Origin: Nemertoderma westbladi
Lineage: Eukaryota; Animalia; Xenacoelomorpha
DNA length: 64,000 nt
Assembly: GCA_032718475.1 (NCBI GenBank)
Contig: JAUCBJ010000700.1
Span: forward strand, 1-64,000
Reading direction: 5' to 3'
Shown here: positions 37,090 through 51,000 of the stretch, piece by piece
How positions within the stretch are numbered: position 1 is the stretch's first letter
How the letters are laid out: every line of letters starts with the position of its first letter
Made by a program: the position numbers and the translations under genes
Notes under the pieces: model-generated
The model's database searches: none
What the model was told of the DNA's origin: nothing
Seen by the model: only the letters and a program-made list of their open reading frames with translations

Positions 37090-37750
37090 TTTGGTTATTT
37101 TAGAGAGATGAAAATATTTAATGAATTTATCGTACAGAATATTTAATACCAGAAACGTCACGATTACACCGAAATTATAAAGTATGAATTTACCGTAACG
37201 TAACAATTAGTATATGAATTTAATTGAATGAATGAGCCGGAGATCCAAAATCCTTATAATTAAAATGCCATTTAGTAATTAGTTCTGGTTGACCCCTTAT
37301 ACTGCACATACTGTACTAACTACTGTACTGTTAGTATTTGACCCTTTATTCTGCACATACTATTTACTGTAAGTACTGTATATCTTGACTAATTAACAGG
37401 CGCGTATGCTAGTGCTAATTAACCCAATGTAGGTACTGAATAATCGAACTAAATATCAATCTACTGTACAATTATAGACAAACTTGTCATAGACTCAATA
37501 TTGGCGAGTTCAACTGTATAATATAATTACCACAGTATAGTACCATAGAGCTCGGCGTTTGTCATGTGTTGACTCCAGCTGATGTTTAGGGCTGCCCTTA
37601 GTAGTCTTGTGTAGCAACCATCAATTCGGTGTTCAAATGATTTGATGGTTATCAAAATATCAGTATAATTAATAAATATTTACTGATGTTATATAAAGGT
37701 TTTGTTCAGAAATGGAAAAAATGAGAAAACACGTCACCGGGAGTTGAACC

Positions 37751-37796
37751 AGCGCTATACGTATGTTTCGGCCTATCTGGCCTCATCAGTAGCGCT
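37751..37796 (-). ncRNA. Minimal type I hammerhead ribozyme flanked by Pol III A and B boxes
   Basis: Minus strand AGCGCTA-CTGATGA-GGCC-AGATA-GGCC-GAAAC-ATAC-GTA-TAGCGCT gives a 7-bp stem I, full core, 4-bp stem II, 2-bp stem III and a GUA cleavage triplet. Confidence 0.85.
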
Positions 37797-38788
37797 AACC
37801 AGTTTAGCCACTTGCCCATGACATTCACTCTTCCACCTAATCCACTTCTGTAATTGCAACTGTAATTAATGATGTAATATAAAGGTTTTTTTATATAAAT
37901 ATTTACTGGTAGTCCAATCACGTCAAAGATTCGTACCAAAGAAACACTATGCACTATGCGTGACAGTACAAAATTCTCAATTTTCTAGATTATTTCCGAG
38001 ATATGTAGGCCTAGATTATGAAAAATATTATTAGCCTACTGTACTTCCATACAACGCGGTACAGAACGATATCAAAAGATGATTCATTCAAATCGCAGTT
38101 TCATGTATTGGGTTATCAAACCTTCAAAATAGATTATTTAGCACCTACTGTAGTGTTCCTTTGGTGCGAATGTTTTGAGGTGCTCAGAACCTGTATTTAC
38201 CAATGGACTACCAGTAAATATTTTTAACAATGAAGCTGACATTTTAACCATAATTTATGTAGGTAAATAGGAATTGAAAACATACTGTAAAATTTAAAAG
38301 GTTCGTGTTTGAAAGAAATACCACCATACCTACAGTATGTATAGGTATACTGTAGGCCTACTCAATAATATTGTATAATTAATAAATACAGTATAAGGCC
38401 CTACAGTACTGTGTATATATGGAAATTAATTACTGACATTATAGGATAATTATTCGATAAAAAAAAGTAAGGGGAAAACACTGCTTATTTTCACTCATTT
38501 TCAGTTTAAAAAAATTCACTATTCTGTCCGAGTGGTCCAGAGCCAGTGTCGGGGCTCCAAGGTAAGACGGACAATAGGAGCTGTTTTTCCATTTTCTTGG
38601 AATGGAATTCGCACAACTGAACTCTAGTGAACAATGCAGTAACTAAAGCTTCTGATTCGAAGTTGCCATGTAGATCACCATGGTTCATGGTTCTAAGGAT
38701 TCCTTGAGTTCGATTGTTGGACGCCATTTAAATTTTATACTGAAGGCAGGTTTTATACTGCAGCACGACTTCATTATTCAGAATACGT

Positions 38789-39706
38789 CAGGCCCGTATG
38801 GTGATCATAATATCTGGGGGGGCAAACCCATTACTGGGATTTGGGGAGCATACAAAAAAGTGAGAGTTAATTTAGTACATATATAATCAATATTGTTGAA
38901 AAGCGTATGGGGCGAGCCACGAAGTTGGCGGAGCCTTGGCGAACTGACACTATTGGAGTATGTCAATAATGGCAAATAGTTTGACGTAACGATTTAATTA
39001 ACGTAACATTCAAATAACTTTGTTAGAATTAAAGCTGTCGAATTGAAAATTTGTAGGCATAAATATGTCCAAAACTTGACATTATTTAGCGACTTTAGAC
39101 ACAATCAATAATCTCCTGCTAGATGGCTACATGTCTAAAGCTTAAAGGGACATCTGCTTAGATGTTGCTTATATTTCTTTCGGGTTGACACTTACATAAT
39201 TTTATGTGCGCGAAGGACCCACTGCAGGCATAATGGTTAAGGTTAAGTTACAACAAATTATAGATATGGATACCAGCGCAAGCAACCCTCAGCGCGTAGC
39301 CTTTTAGCTGCAAGCTGGCTCCCAAATTACAGACAAATAGACAATGGGTCAACAACAAAGAAACCCCTGGTAGCCAATGAGAGAACCTGGAACTTTCGGG
39401 TATTTTTAGTAATTACAGGTAGGTAGGTTAATGTCAATGTAGTATTATATAATTGGACCAAAATGGGATGGTGGGGAGTCACGTCAGTGTGTATGAAGAC
39501 GTGTGTATCCTATTATAAGTATATCAATGTGAATCCAATAATATTGATCACTGGGGTCAACACTATTATTATTAATTAATTGTGAACAAGACGAGTGAGC
39601 AAGACATGTCTGGCTGGGGGGGGGGGGGGGGGGGGGGCATTGAAACGTGTCTGGGGGGGGGGGGGGGTGGCAGTGCCCCCAAAGCCCCCCGCACGATACG
39701 GGCCTG
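38789..39706. mobile_element. Non-autonomous hAT-type element (918 bp)
   Basis: 11-bp TIR CAGGCCCGTAT / ATACGGGCCTG with a perfect 8-bp TSD GAATACGT at 38781-38788 and 39707-39714. Internal poly-G tracts. Confidence 0.85.
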
Positions 39707-39794
39707 GAATACGTGTTTGCCAGTAACATCTTGGCTGATGCGTATAAACCATATAGTTGATAATCAATGTATTGTTATACAACGATCTATCTAA

Positions 39795-40515
39795 GATCCC
39801 ATCAATCTAAGAGGCAACACGCACAGGGCCGTCGTCCCACGCCGTAAAACCGTATCAGGCACAGAGTGCTTCTCGTTTGCGGCGCCAAAACTCTGGAATA
39901 AGCTCCCTGATGACATCAAAAACAGTGTGTCACTAGAAAGCTTCAAACATAGCGTAAAAAAGTACTACTTCTTTAAACTACTATCAGGCGACAAATCAAA
40001 CTATATTTATTTTTTTTAAAAACTTTTAGATAATTAACAATCATAGTAAATATTTACAAATAAACTCCGTCTCTTTACTGCTTCTAGATCATTATTTTTA
40101 GATATTTTAATTAAATCTTACATTGTATTGCACTTTTCATATATTTTATTTTATTTATTTTATTTTATTTAATTAAATTTTTACTCTCATGCCGTATTTG
40201 ATGAGCGCTAATTAATAGAATGAATTTTAAATAGGACCCCCATGGAAACGAGGTATAACCTCATGGGGCTATCCTAGGTGCACCATATTATTTTTCAATA
40301 GTGTTACTGTGTTAACAGGTTAACGTTATTTTTAATTTTGTTGTAAATGTTGTCAGAATGCTGGAATGTTATGCAGGGCCGATCATTAAGTATGTCTATT
40401 TATGCTGTCAATTTTAATATGTTTCGTAATTTTAATATGCTTTGTGTTCGTTTTACAGTAGTAGGCACTATTACTATAATTTGGCGTCCAATAAAAAACT
40501 TCAACTTAAACTCTA
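39795..40515 (+). mobile_element. 5'-truncated LINE (CR1/L2 group) 3' end
   Basis: Reads ...RKTVSGTECFSFAAPKLWNKLPDDIKNSVSLESFKHSVKKYYF, typical of an ORF2 C-terminus. It is followed by an AT-rich UTR with a CCCCATG...CATGGGG hairpin, AATAAA and a short repeat tail. Boundaries are approximate. Confidence 0.7.
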
Positions 40516-40797
40516 AATAATGGAATGACTGAATTGTGCTGATTTACTGCTGTACTTATTTATATTATTTGGTGATTAAGTTATTGTAAAGATTGGTGGT
40601 GTTGATATATGAAGATGCCGCTTTTAATAACTTTGCATTGTACTTTATCTATTTATATCATAAAGGTAAGCAGTACTGGCTGGTTAATTTGGCTGGTGCC
40701 GGTTCACAATCAATTGGTGTGTATGATAATTTTATATATTATTCTATAGTCCCAACGTGTGTGAGCCTGTCTAGGCCTACTCCTTATCCATGAACAA

Positions 40798-41977
40798 TGT
40801 TCGCGCTTTCAGACCTTTAGCAGTTTAACCTGCCAAATTTAGATGTCTTCTAGATTATAAATCGACTTTAGCCTATGACGAGTATTTGATACACTACATT
40901 AGCCGAAGCCAGTCTATGCGCGACCATTCACCCGCTGGATATACCCGGGAGACTGGATTCGGAAGCTTTGACCTTATTGCGGTGTAGGCCTACTGTATTA
41001 TTCGACTGATTGTTAATATATAATCTCTGACAAATATTATTCACTTTCGGGAAATATTAACAGTTCCTTTAGGACGTGGCGCTCTAAATATGTAAACAGA
41101 GTTATGACTTACACTAGACACAACGGGATGGCTATTGATTCACGTATAAAGCGCATTCTTTAGGAGATGCTTTGTTATCAGTCACAATCATGCACACTAC
41201 CGCACAATGCTGCACACCGATCTGCCGACCTTCACTAATTTTAGTCACATATAAAGAGAACAGCAACCGACACATGTAGTGCCTATGAAATAGCATTAGA
41301 TTCACTCCAAAACCAATATAATGTAAGTCGCAATTGTTATATGTAACCGGTCTCTTACCTTCAGTATATCAAGAAGATTGGGGGTTTTATGATTATTTAT
41401 CGATATTATCCAAATATAATAATATTCCATCAACTGATATAATTAATAACCGACAGTAAATAGCAGTAAAAATGCGGTGTTTGTAGTTGACAATATGATT
41501 TGCATTGATATGCATGTGTTGAGTTGATATGGTTTGATAACAGTTATACGTTTCTATGACCAAAGCCTACTAATGTTTGGCTAAAGCCTGAAACACAGAA
41601 ATTCCAAAGCCGGTCTTCTGGCTGTGGACAAAATACACATACTGACTGAATTGCATGAGTTTCTGTATACAATCTCCAACACAGAGTGAAAACCGCTCTG
41701 ATTGGTCGACCGAACAAAGAACGAACAAAGAACAAAGAAAAGTTACACGTGGACACAGCTGATAGATGTCGTCATCGAGTTCCGATGTTTAGAGTATTTG
41801 GCTTATTGCGACATAAAATCGCTAGTTATGTCCGCTAAAGTACACATACAGAAGAAATGGCTTTTTATGTCCACTAAAACACCGGTACAGTAAGGAAACG
41901 GCTTTTTATGTCCGTTAAAACAACTACAGAGTACTTTGCGGGGAAAATAACCAGCTAATTCCGCAAAAGCCTTTACA
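40798..41977 (-). repeat. 3' LTR of element B
   Basis: Direct repeat of 57740-58919. Confidence 0.95.
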
Positions 41978-42055
41978 CCGCTCCCAGAAAATGGGATTTA
42001 ATTCTATAAAATATAAAAAATCACAGTTTCTAAAATATAAAAATACTCTAAACAG

Positions 42056-43416
42056 TTAGTCTTTCTTACGCGGACGGCGTTTACGCAGTTTTTTGAGGCT
42101 AGCAAGAGTCCTTTTCTCTTTGGGGCGAGCCACTTTACTAGGAGGGCTGTAACTCCTGGGTGAAGGGTGCAATACAATTGCATCGGAAGGTTTAGGGTTA
42201 CGGTCGATGTCTCGTCCATTTCGATATGCTTCTCCTCGAGCTGATTTTCCTCCGCTTATCGTTGGATGCGTTCGTCCAAAACTCTTGCAGAGAATAGGGT
42301 CGTCCAAGTTCGATATCTTCTTAGAGATTCTGAATTTCCTGATCGAACTGAGATAAAGTTAATTCGTTTACCGCTTGGACTTGCTGCTGCAATTTACGTT
42401 TCTCTAAACAATTGTAGGTTCATTTTCCGATCTTTTGACGAATAGTGTCCAACGCGTTTCGTACAACTCTTTCCTCCGCCTCGGTGACAGGTTGTATCGG
42501 GTTAAACAGGGACGATGATACGGTTGAATGGCGATATTAGATGTCCGCGTCCCAATCCGACTAAGTAAGATGGGTGAATATTTAGGGAGCCCACAACCGG
42601 AGTGCCACCGACTAACTGTTCGGGTAACACTAGATCTTTGAACAGTGAGTACAGTTCGGGAGGATCCGTGATACTATTAGGATCAAGAGTCTGAGGTCTA
42701 ACTAGGGAATGAGGAGGTCTGACCGAGTATTCCGGAACTCTGATCATAGGTTTATTTAAGGATCGTTTGAATCGAGCGAGCGTAGGTGATACATCGAACA
42801 AGTTTCGCTCGAAACTCCCGTAAATATAGCGAGTAAAACCGTGTTTAAAGCAACGTCTCCGCGGATGTTTATGTCTTTCCGTTTGTTGGTTGGGTCTTGG
42901 GCATTCATCGCAATAATACCAAAGACGCACGTCTTGTAGGGGAAACGCGGGTGATATTTATTCGGTTTTACAACGTTTCTCTCAAGAATTCCAAATATAC
43001 GTTGGAGTTACTGCGTTTATCCGGTTCTTTAACGTCTTCTCTTTCGAGTCGATTTCGAATAGAATTTTCGCATTCGATTTTCAGTTTATCGTTCCGACTC
43101 CGCTGGGTAGGATACTCAAAACAGTACCATTTCCCTTTCGGTGTCGACATCGTCCGTATCGTGTAAATCGATAGGATGACCAGTAGTTAAGAAGTCCATA
43201 AGCGTACCATTACGATGCGTATAGCGAGCAGTGAATTTTCGATAGTCCAATTCACGCGTAAGTTGCTCCTGGGACATCGGCGGTTCGATATAACGACCAT
43301 CGTCCTCCGTAGTAGTTGGACTAGCGTCGCTGCGTATCAAGCTATCAACAAACGCTTGCAACGGTAGAGTATATTTCTCCCTGATACCAAGATCATCTTC
43401 TATCAACTGCAGTCAT
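42056..43416 (-). pseudogene. Degraded accessory 3' ORF of element B
   Basis: The N-terminal part (43416-42970) matches A 18826-19265 and the C-terminal tail (42190-42056) matches A 21950-22088. The middle ~780 bp looks coding but has no visible match to A. Confidence 0.7.
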
Positions 43417-45050
43417 AGCTGCTATATGAGTTTATCAATATTATAATTAGTTATAATTAGGCTAGCGGGCGTCGCTGCCTACCCCTCTCGGCCCCCGGAC
43501 AGCGCAAGATCCTCAGCGCTGGTGTACTTTCGCCGATGTGCCTATCGCCAACGTCGTAGCTGCACAACGACCACAACAACCAGCGCGAGTCACTCCACCG
43601 TCCGTCCCAAAGGCTTAGATTTACTTCAGGTTCTTACTGGAGAGTTAGGGCTACTTTCACAATTGCGACTCGCTACTGTAAACACACTTTAGTAGTAACA
43701 TTCACCTATAAACGCACAAATTCCACACAACTGTCACAAACCGCACACATTCGGGCCATTTGTCCGTTAGTCAAGTGCCTTCCAGAATGCCACGTTATTA
43801 TTGGGTATCCTGGGATACTAGCAGTGTGCTATTTTATTCCTTATGCTATTCAATGGGGCAAGCCTTTATTGTTCTTTTAACTCACTTCTAATTCTAGCGT
43901 GGTTGTTGCCATGGTGACATTATGGAAAGCTAGCGGTAGAATTAGGGTAATTCTCATGCATACAGATCTGGGATGCTATTTAATAGTAATTCTTTAATTG
44001 TCAATATTCCTCTTTATACATGATTTTATGAATTTTATCGGCTATTGACTATATATTGGAGATTCTCGCACACTAATACACTTAATAGGGTGAATCTCCG
44101 CTCCCATGATCTATTAATTAATGGAATTTTGGGAATGTTATAAATTGTATAAAAATGACAATTTATCAAATTCATTAAAAGATGAATTTAAATTTATTCC
44201 CGTAAATTTTATTATTTAATATTAAATAGACACAATTTTATTCCAGAACATGTCTGGGGACTAGGATCCTTGATTCTAGGAAATTGGTCTTTTTAAGAAT
44301 ATCGGTAAGTGCTACGATATCTTAATAGACTAGAATTTTAAAGGATCTAAAATTTGACAGATTTTGTAAATATTAATAATTAATATTTAGGATGGGCACC
44401 AGTTTATTCCAGAACTTGTCTGGGGACGTTAACCACTGATTCTAGAATTTTGTCTTTCAAGTATATCGGTGGGTGCCGCGATATCTTAATCGACTAGAAT
44501 TACAGATGGTCAAAGGGTTTAACAGATTTATTTGCGTTGTACGCTACTGTTAAAGGGACATCACGCTACTATATGTATTATTTAATATACGGTATGAGAG
44601 CAATATCGCACGAAGCAATGTCAGTGAGAAGAGGCAAGTCGTTTCCAAGGTCTACCCAGAGCTTGGTTTAGCCGAGACACGAGGATCTGAATTTTGCATT
44701 CCTAATACTCTACTTTACCAATAATATTTGAATATAGTAGGAGCTTTATTGTACTTTAATAAGTACGGATATTTCATCTTACTGTAGTTACGTATTTGTA
44801 ATGTAATACGGACAGTAAGGAAAGAGAAAAAGAATTATTTCTCGCCGTCGCTGTAAATATATAATATATAAGTAATTAAGTAATAAACACTAATATATAT
44901 TGCACTAATCTACTAAATAATCGCTAAAATAACATTTTACTAAATAAAATTAAAGAAAACGATTATAATAAAATTACATAATAATACGTACCTAAATATA
45001 AAATAATAAGAATATAAAATAATATAGTCACACACCCACTCCAGCTGTTA

Positions 45051-48000
45051 TTAAGTTGGGGAGTCCCTAGATGTTTGCTGGATTAGGGAGGTGGTCGTGG
45101 GAAGAGTCATGTCTCCAGCGCTGACGTTTTCTTGCTGCGCAAACCACTTAGTTCGAAGTTGTAGCGTGGGCAGATAATGTTTTTCGAAATGGTCAGCGAA
45201 ACGACGGGATAACAACTGCATAAGTTGCCAAGTTTGCCGGCAGTATTCGTCTCCGTCTGTGATTTCCGAGCGTGGTAGCATGGCTACAGGTTTCTTCAGT
45301 AGGTAGTGCGCGGGTGTTAGCGCTTCCAGAGAATCGGGACTCGAGGAGACTGGCATAAGCGGTCTCTCGTTGAGATAGGCGGCGATTTCCTCCATTAATG
45401 TCCGCAAAAGTTCGTCAGTGAGATACGCGCGGCATGGCACTATGAAGTGAAATGCGGTCTTCACGCTCCTGATTAATCTCTCCCAACTTCCTCCCCACCA
45501 AGGGGCGTCGGCGGTGTTGAAGGTCCAGCTAGACGCTGTTACCCTTAGCTGATCGTCCACCTGTCTTTGGTTCCAATCTTTGACGTAAGCTTTGATTTCA
45601 TTGTTGGCACCAATGAAGTTCGTTCCCTTATCAGATCTCATCGTGTTACTAGTTCCAAAGCGAGCGATCTGTCGTCGTAAGCTCAATAGGAAGCTGTTGG
45701 TAGATAAATCGTTCACCATATCGAGATGGATAGCTCTACAAGTCATACAAACAAAGATGACACACCATCTCTTGACTATAGTCCTAGCACGATATACTTC
45801 AATAGGGCCAAATAAATCTATACCGGTATTAGTAAAGGGTGGTTCATAGAAGCTTACTCGTTCCCTAGGTAATTCTGCCTCTCGCTGTGTTAAAGGCCTA
45901 CTGAATGCTTTCCTACAGGGTATGCAGTTCCTAAGAACTTGGTTCAGAGCTCTACGGGGTATATAAAAATAATAGCGAGTTCGAATTTCGCTAAGAACTC
46001 GTTCTCTACCAGCATGATAAAGTTTGCTGTGAACATCTACAATCATCTTGATTTGTATTTCAAGATTTCTAATGAGTATGGGAAACTTGGTGTCAAAGGA
46101 TAATGGAGCATTAGTTAATCTTCCTCCAACACGTATCAACCCATCTATCATTGTGCTAGAGAAACGATCCCTTAAGCGCATCTGTGGATTTCTCAATAAC
46201 AGGAAATACTTATCGGAATCCTCATAGCATTGCAGGAGTCTCAGCATCTGCTTGTTGGTTTTTTCATGCTCCTGATAACTGATCTTCTCCTTCAGAAACC
46301 TGTGGGATATCTTATATTTGGGAAGATCTTTAACAACATGGACCTGCACAGATGTTAGTGGAGCGGTATCACTATTGGTCTTCGTCCTGGAGTAGTGATG
46401 ATGAAAACATCGCTTTAAATATGTAACGGCCTTACAGAGCCGATTCCAGGAACTGTAGTGATATATCGCTCTCTGCAGGAGAGGTGAAAGTCCTTGCGAG
46501 ACGTCTGGTATTCCAGATTTCCAATCCCTCTCTCTGATTTCCACAACAGACTTATTTGTGGCTGTGGGTTTCGGATCCAAAGCGTCGTCCCCGGAAGTGT
46601 GTAGTACAGACAGATCTACCACGGGTTTAAATAATTTCGATTTACTCGCCCGAGTTTTAGGTTTGACTTTCTCCGCTCCCTTGGCCTGTCTAATCTCTGC
46701 CGTAGTAAGATGAGGAGGCCATTCATCCTCTTCTTTGCTTAGGAAGTCGGGTCCACCTAACCAGTCTGGAGTATCTATCAGTTCTTGTGGAGTTGCTCCC
46801 CTGGAGGCGATGTCTGCTGGATTAATCGTTCCGGGGCAATGTCTCCATTGATCCATCTTCGTGCGACTAAGTATAATGGCTACTCTGTTGGTAACGAAGA
46901 CGCTGAACTGACAGACTTCATTGGTTATATACTCCAACACGAGTAAAGCATCGGTCCAATAGACAGTTTTCTCCAGTGGATAGTCGATCTGTTCTGTTAC
47001 ATTCCGGCCTATGGCTGTAGCGTATAGAGCCGCTTTTAACTCCGCTCGAGGAACTTTCAACTTGTTGTTTATCAATGCCTTAGAGGTAACCAAGGCGACT
47101 TTGATTCCATCCGGAGTTTCCACTCTCAGGTAGGCTACTATACCTATTCCCATATTGCTGGCGTCTCCAAACACATGGAGTTGATAGGAATACGTAGGGA
47201 GAACATGACCAAAATATGAACGGGAAATTGTAAAGTTCTCGATGGCTGGTAGAGAATCTTCCCATTTCATCCACTTGTTTAATAATTCTCCCTTAAGTGG
47301 ATCGTCCCATGAGTGGTTTTCAAGCCACATTTGTTGTACAAAACTCCGAGCAATCAATATAACTGGGCTAATAAATCCCAATGGATCGAAATAAGTGCTC
47401 AGGATACTTAAATAAATCCGTTTAGTCCGAACTGGATTATCTCGCTGTTTTAGCTGGAAAAACAGGATATCTCTCTCTGTGTCCCATTTCAAACCAAGTG
47501 TCTTGGTTTCTGGAAGATCATCTTTGATTAGGTCTAGGTCTTTCGCTCCTCGATCTTCTACCGGGATCGATTCTAGAAACTCACGGGAGTTGCTGGTGAA
47601 TTTAGTTAATTGAAATCCACCTCTTTTTAAGCACTCTACCGTTCCTTTGGCGACATCAATGGCTTCTTCCACAGATGGAAGGGACTTTAAATTGTCGTCC
47701 ATGTATATATCCCGTTTGATGTTGTCGATCACCTCTTTTGAGAAGGCGTCCCGGTTGTCATCAGCAGTGGTGCGCACCACTGAGCAGGCGTTTGAAGGGC
47801 TTGAGATGATCCCAAAAGCCTGGATGGTCATCCAATACTGCACTGGTTTCTGGTTGAGGTCTCCTTCAGGCCACCACAGAAATCGTAGGCTGTTTCGATC
47901 CCTATCCAGCGCCTTGACTTGTAAGAACATGCCTTCTATATCGGAGGCGAAAGCGATTGAATATTGTCGTAATCTTAAGAGTATTCCCAACAAGGGACAC

Positions 48001-51000
48001 GTTGGGTCCTGGTAACAACTCGGAATTAAGGAATTGGCCCATGTAGAGGGCGGAGCCGTCAAATACTACTCGTACCTCATGGGGTTTACCGGGTTTGGGA
48101 ACGTAATGATGTGTTAAATAGTACGTTCTCTCAGTTAGGGATGTTCCTTCCGGTACTCTCTCCGCATATCCCTTGTTAATAAATTTCTTCAACTGAGTCT
48201 GATACATTTCTTTAGCTGAAGCATTTGCCGTAAGGCGTCGATGTAGTTGAGCAATTCTTTTCTCCGCCAAGGGTCGGTTGTTTATGAATTTTGGTTCTCG
48301 CTTTCGGAATGGGAGACCGATTTCATATCTACCTTGATCTTTAAGAAAACGTGTAGTTGTCTCCTGGATCTGCTTGGCTCTTTCTTCTTCTACTGATAGG
48401 GCCTTATCGTAGGAATTGGGCTCTACAGCCTCTTGAGTAAAGAATCGTACGGCATGTTCATCTCGAGTCTTCGCATTATAGCGCTCGATTACGTCATTCA
48501 GTTCGTCGTTATAGTCGACTTGTCCTGATGGACTAATGACTTGACATAGATTCACTTGGTTTTGCCAAGTCTCGTTTTCCGTAAGGATATCGATGGTATT
48601 CTCCTCGTCGAAGAGCTGGTGGATTCGTCATTATCTGAGGAGTATGGTGTTCCCTCAGTTGGGTCGTCAACTTCACTGCTCTCCACTTCCCATTCACTTA
48701 ATTGATATACCTGTTCTTTTGGTAATCTTTCCATGAGAGTTCTACGGGAAGGGCCAGTAAAGTACCAACCCACTCTAGTTCTTCCCGCATAGGCTTGTAG
48801 TGGTTGCGGTTGAGCAGGCCATTTCTCCAATGTCTCAAGCGCCTCATGCGCATTTTGGCCGATGAGTATTTGCACTCCAGGGTAATCTGTGTTGAATCTA
48901 GGTATATTAAGTTGCTGGGTGGAATCGTCCTCATCCCAGTTATAAGGTTCTACTTGGCTGGTAGCGAAGTTCTTTATCGCCACCATTTTTACTGACCTTA
49001 TACTGTGTTCTCCTAGTTCATCCTGGGGGGTGGACAACGCACCTACATAATACTCCGCTACTACTGTATATTTCCAAACCTGCATAATTCCTGACATGTT
49101 TAACTTAGTTCGGAACTTGGGTTGTCCAGCAAAGATGTCTTCGACTAGTTCTTTGTCGATGAATGTTCCTGTGCTACCGGAGTCAAGGAGGGCGTTCGCT
49201 ATATAACTCCTTTTAGGTCGACGGACCCTCAACTGTACTACTGGAAATTCTCGGATTCCTACATTGGAAGTTGGTGCTTTCCAAGATGGTTGTCGGTCAG
49301 AAGTAGTTAGGGGGAGCTCGCTGTCGGTGTCCTTTTCATACGTAAGTGCTCGATACACTGCGGTATTTATCAGGTAACAGGATTCGTTTTCATCGGAGAA
49401 TTCGTCCGTATAGAATCCTTCCATCTCAGAACTTTGGTCAGTGTCGTTCACATCACTGAATTGGACATGCAGTTCGGAATCACTTACCTGACTCGGGCTG
49501 TTTCGTTCGAATTCAGTATGCAACAAGAGATGATGTTTTGTGCCGCACTTCGCACACCTTGCGTCTGAGTAACAGGTTCGCCGTTGGTGTCCTTGTCTGA
49601 GGCAATTATAACACAACCGCTTATCCCACATGACTTCCCGTCTATCCTTTAATGATTTCTTTAGGAATTCATCACACACATTCAAACGGTGGGTCCCGTC
49701 ACATAGCGCACATTTCGGTTTGATATTACTTACCTTATTTTGAGTAACGTTGTGCGCACTCGTTCTTTCTTCGGGCTTTCTTACCTGAATTCTCTTAGGA
49801 GACGTAGGAGGAGTTTTTCTTACCTGTTCTCTCCTGTCATTGGTTCGAGACTTGAATTTACTTACGTCTTTAGGCGTTTTATTGACATAATAAGATCTTT
49901 CAGTGTCTTTCCCGCTGTCTTCTTCTTGAGAAGCCTGGCTTTCGCCGTCGTCAGTATAACACACTGGTGTTACCTTTCTCCTAGAAACGGGTTTCTCACT
50001 TACCTTGTTTTCCGGTGTCTTCTCTCTGGACTGCTTTAGGAGCTGTAATTTCACTTCTCCATCTAAGAATGACATGAGATCAGCCATGGTAGGGTCTCGT
50101 CGTTGTTGTTCCATCATATATAACACTCTCTTATCCCAGCGTGTACCTACTCCACCCTTAGGTAAAGTAGAGGCCACGGCTCCAATAACCATAGAACTCT
50201 GATATTCATGAGACTTACCTAGCCAGTCTAATTGTCTACAGATCTCCTGAATCTCATCGGAAAACTCTATAATCCCGCTGCTAATGAACTTTCGGGGCGC
50301 TGCCAATTTTGCATACAAATACCTAGCTATGTTATTCCTATTACCATACCTGGTGTTTAGTGTATCCCAAACTTGTCTTAATCCATCTGGATGTCCAATA
50401 AACTTTAACGCCATTAACTTGGGAGATCCTTCCAAGCACTCGATGAGGAATCTAAGTTTCTCTCCATTAGATAGCACAGAGTTCTGTATGTTATCTTTGT
50501 AATATTCATTAAAAGGTAACCATTTCATCTCATCTCCATTGAACTTGACTCTCTCCCACCTTTACCGCTTGACGGGCTTCGGTTCTAGCCATTTGACGCG
50601 TAAAACTTTCTTGGGCCATCGTGTTATTTAATATCGAGTTATCAGTATATAAATTTCTCGGATTATGATCAGGTCTATAGGGAATATCATTGTCAACCGG
50701 TTTATAATTACCCTTAATACGGTTTACTATAGGAGTTTCCACTTCACTAGCTGTATAGATGCGTGTAGGCTCCACACCTTGCGCATGAAATACTTCAGGC
50801 CTAACAGGTTGACACATTGTTACAGGGGGTGGTGGTATACCCTTTTGTGTATTTACTAATTTATCGCGTTCTAACGCGATACTTTGCTGCACTTCTTGCA
50901 ACTCTAACCTACTTTCCCTTACTGTTCCCTTAAACTGATGAACAGTCTCCTGCATCTGCCCGAGCAGGAGATTCATCCCTCGCCGCCCCTCATCCACCCA

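Larger units (their letters stand above)
30587..37534 (-). mobile_element. Bel/Pao LTR retrotransposon, element C (6948 bp)
   Basis: 445-bp LTRs at 30587-31031 and 37090-37534, identical by eye. TSD GTATA at 30582-30586 and 37535-37539. PPT ACGGGGGAG. Canonical PBS. Confidence 0.97.
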
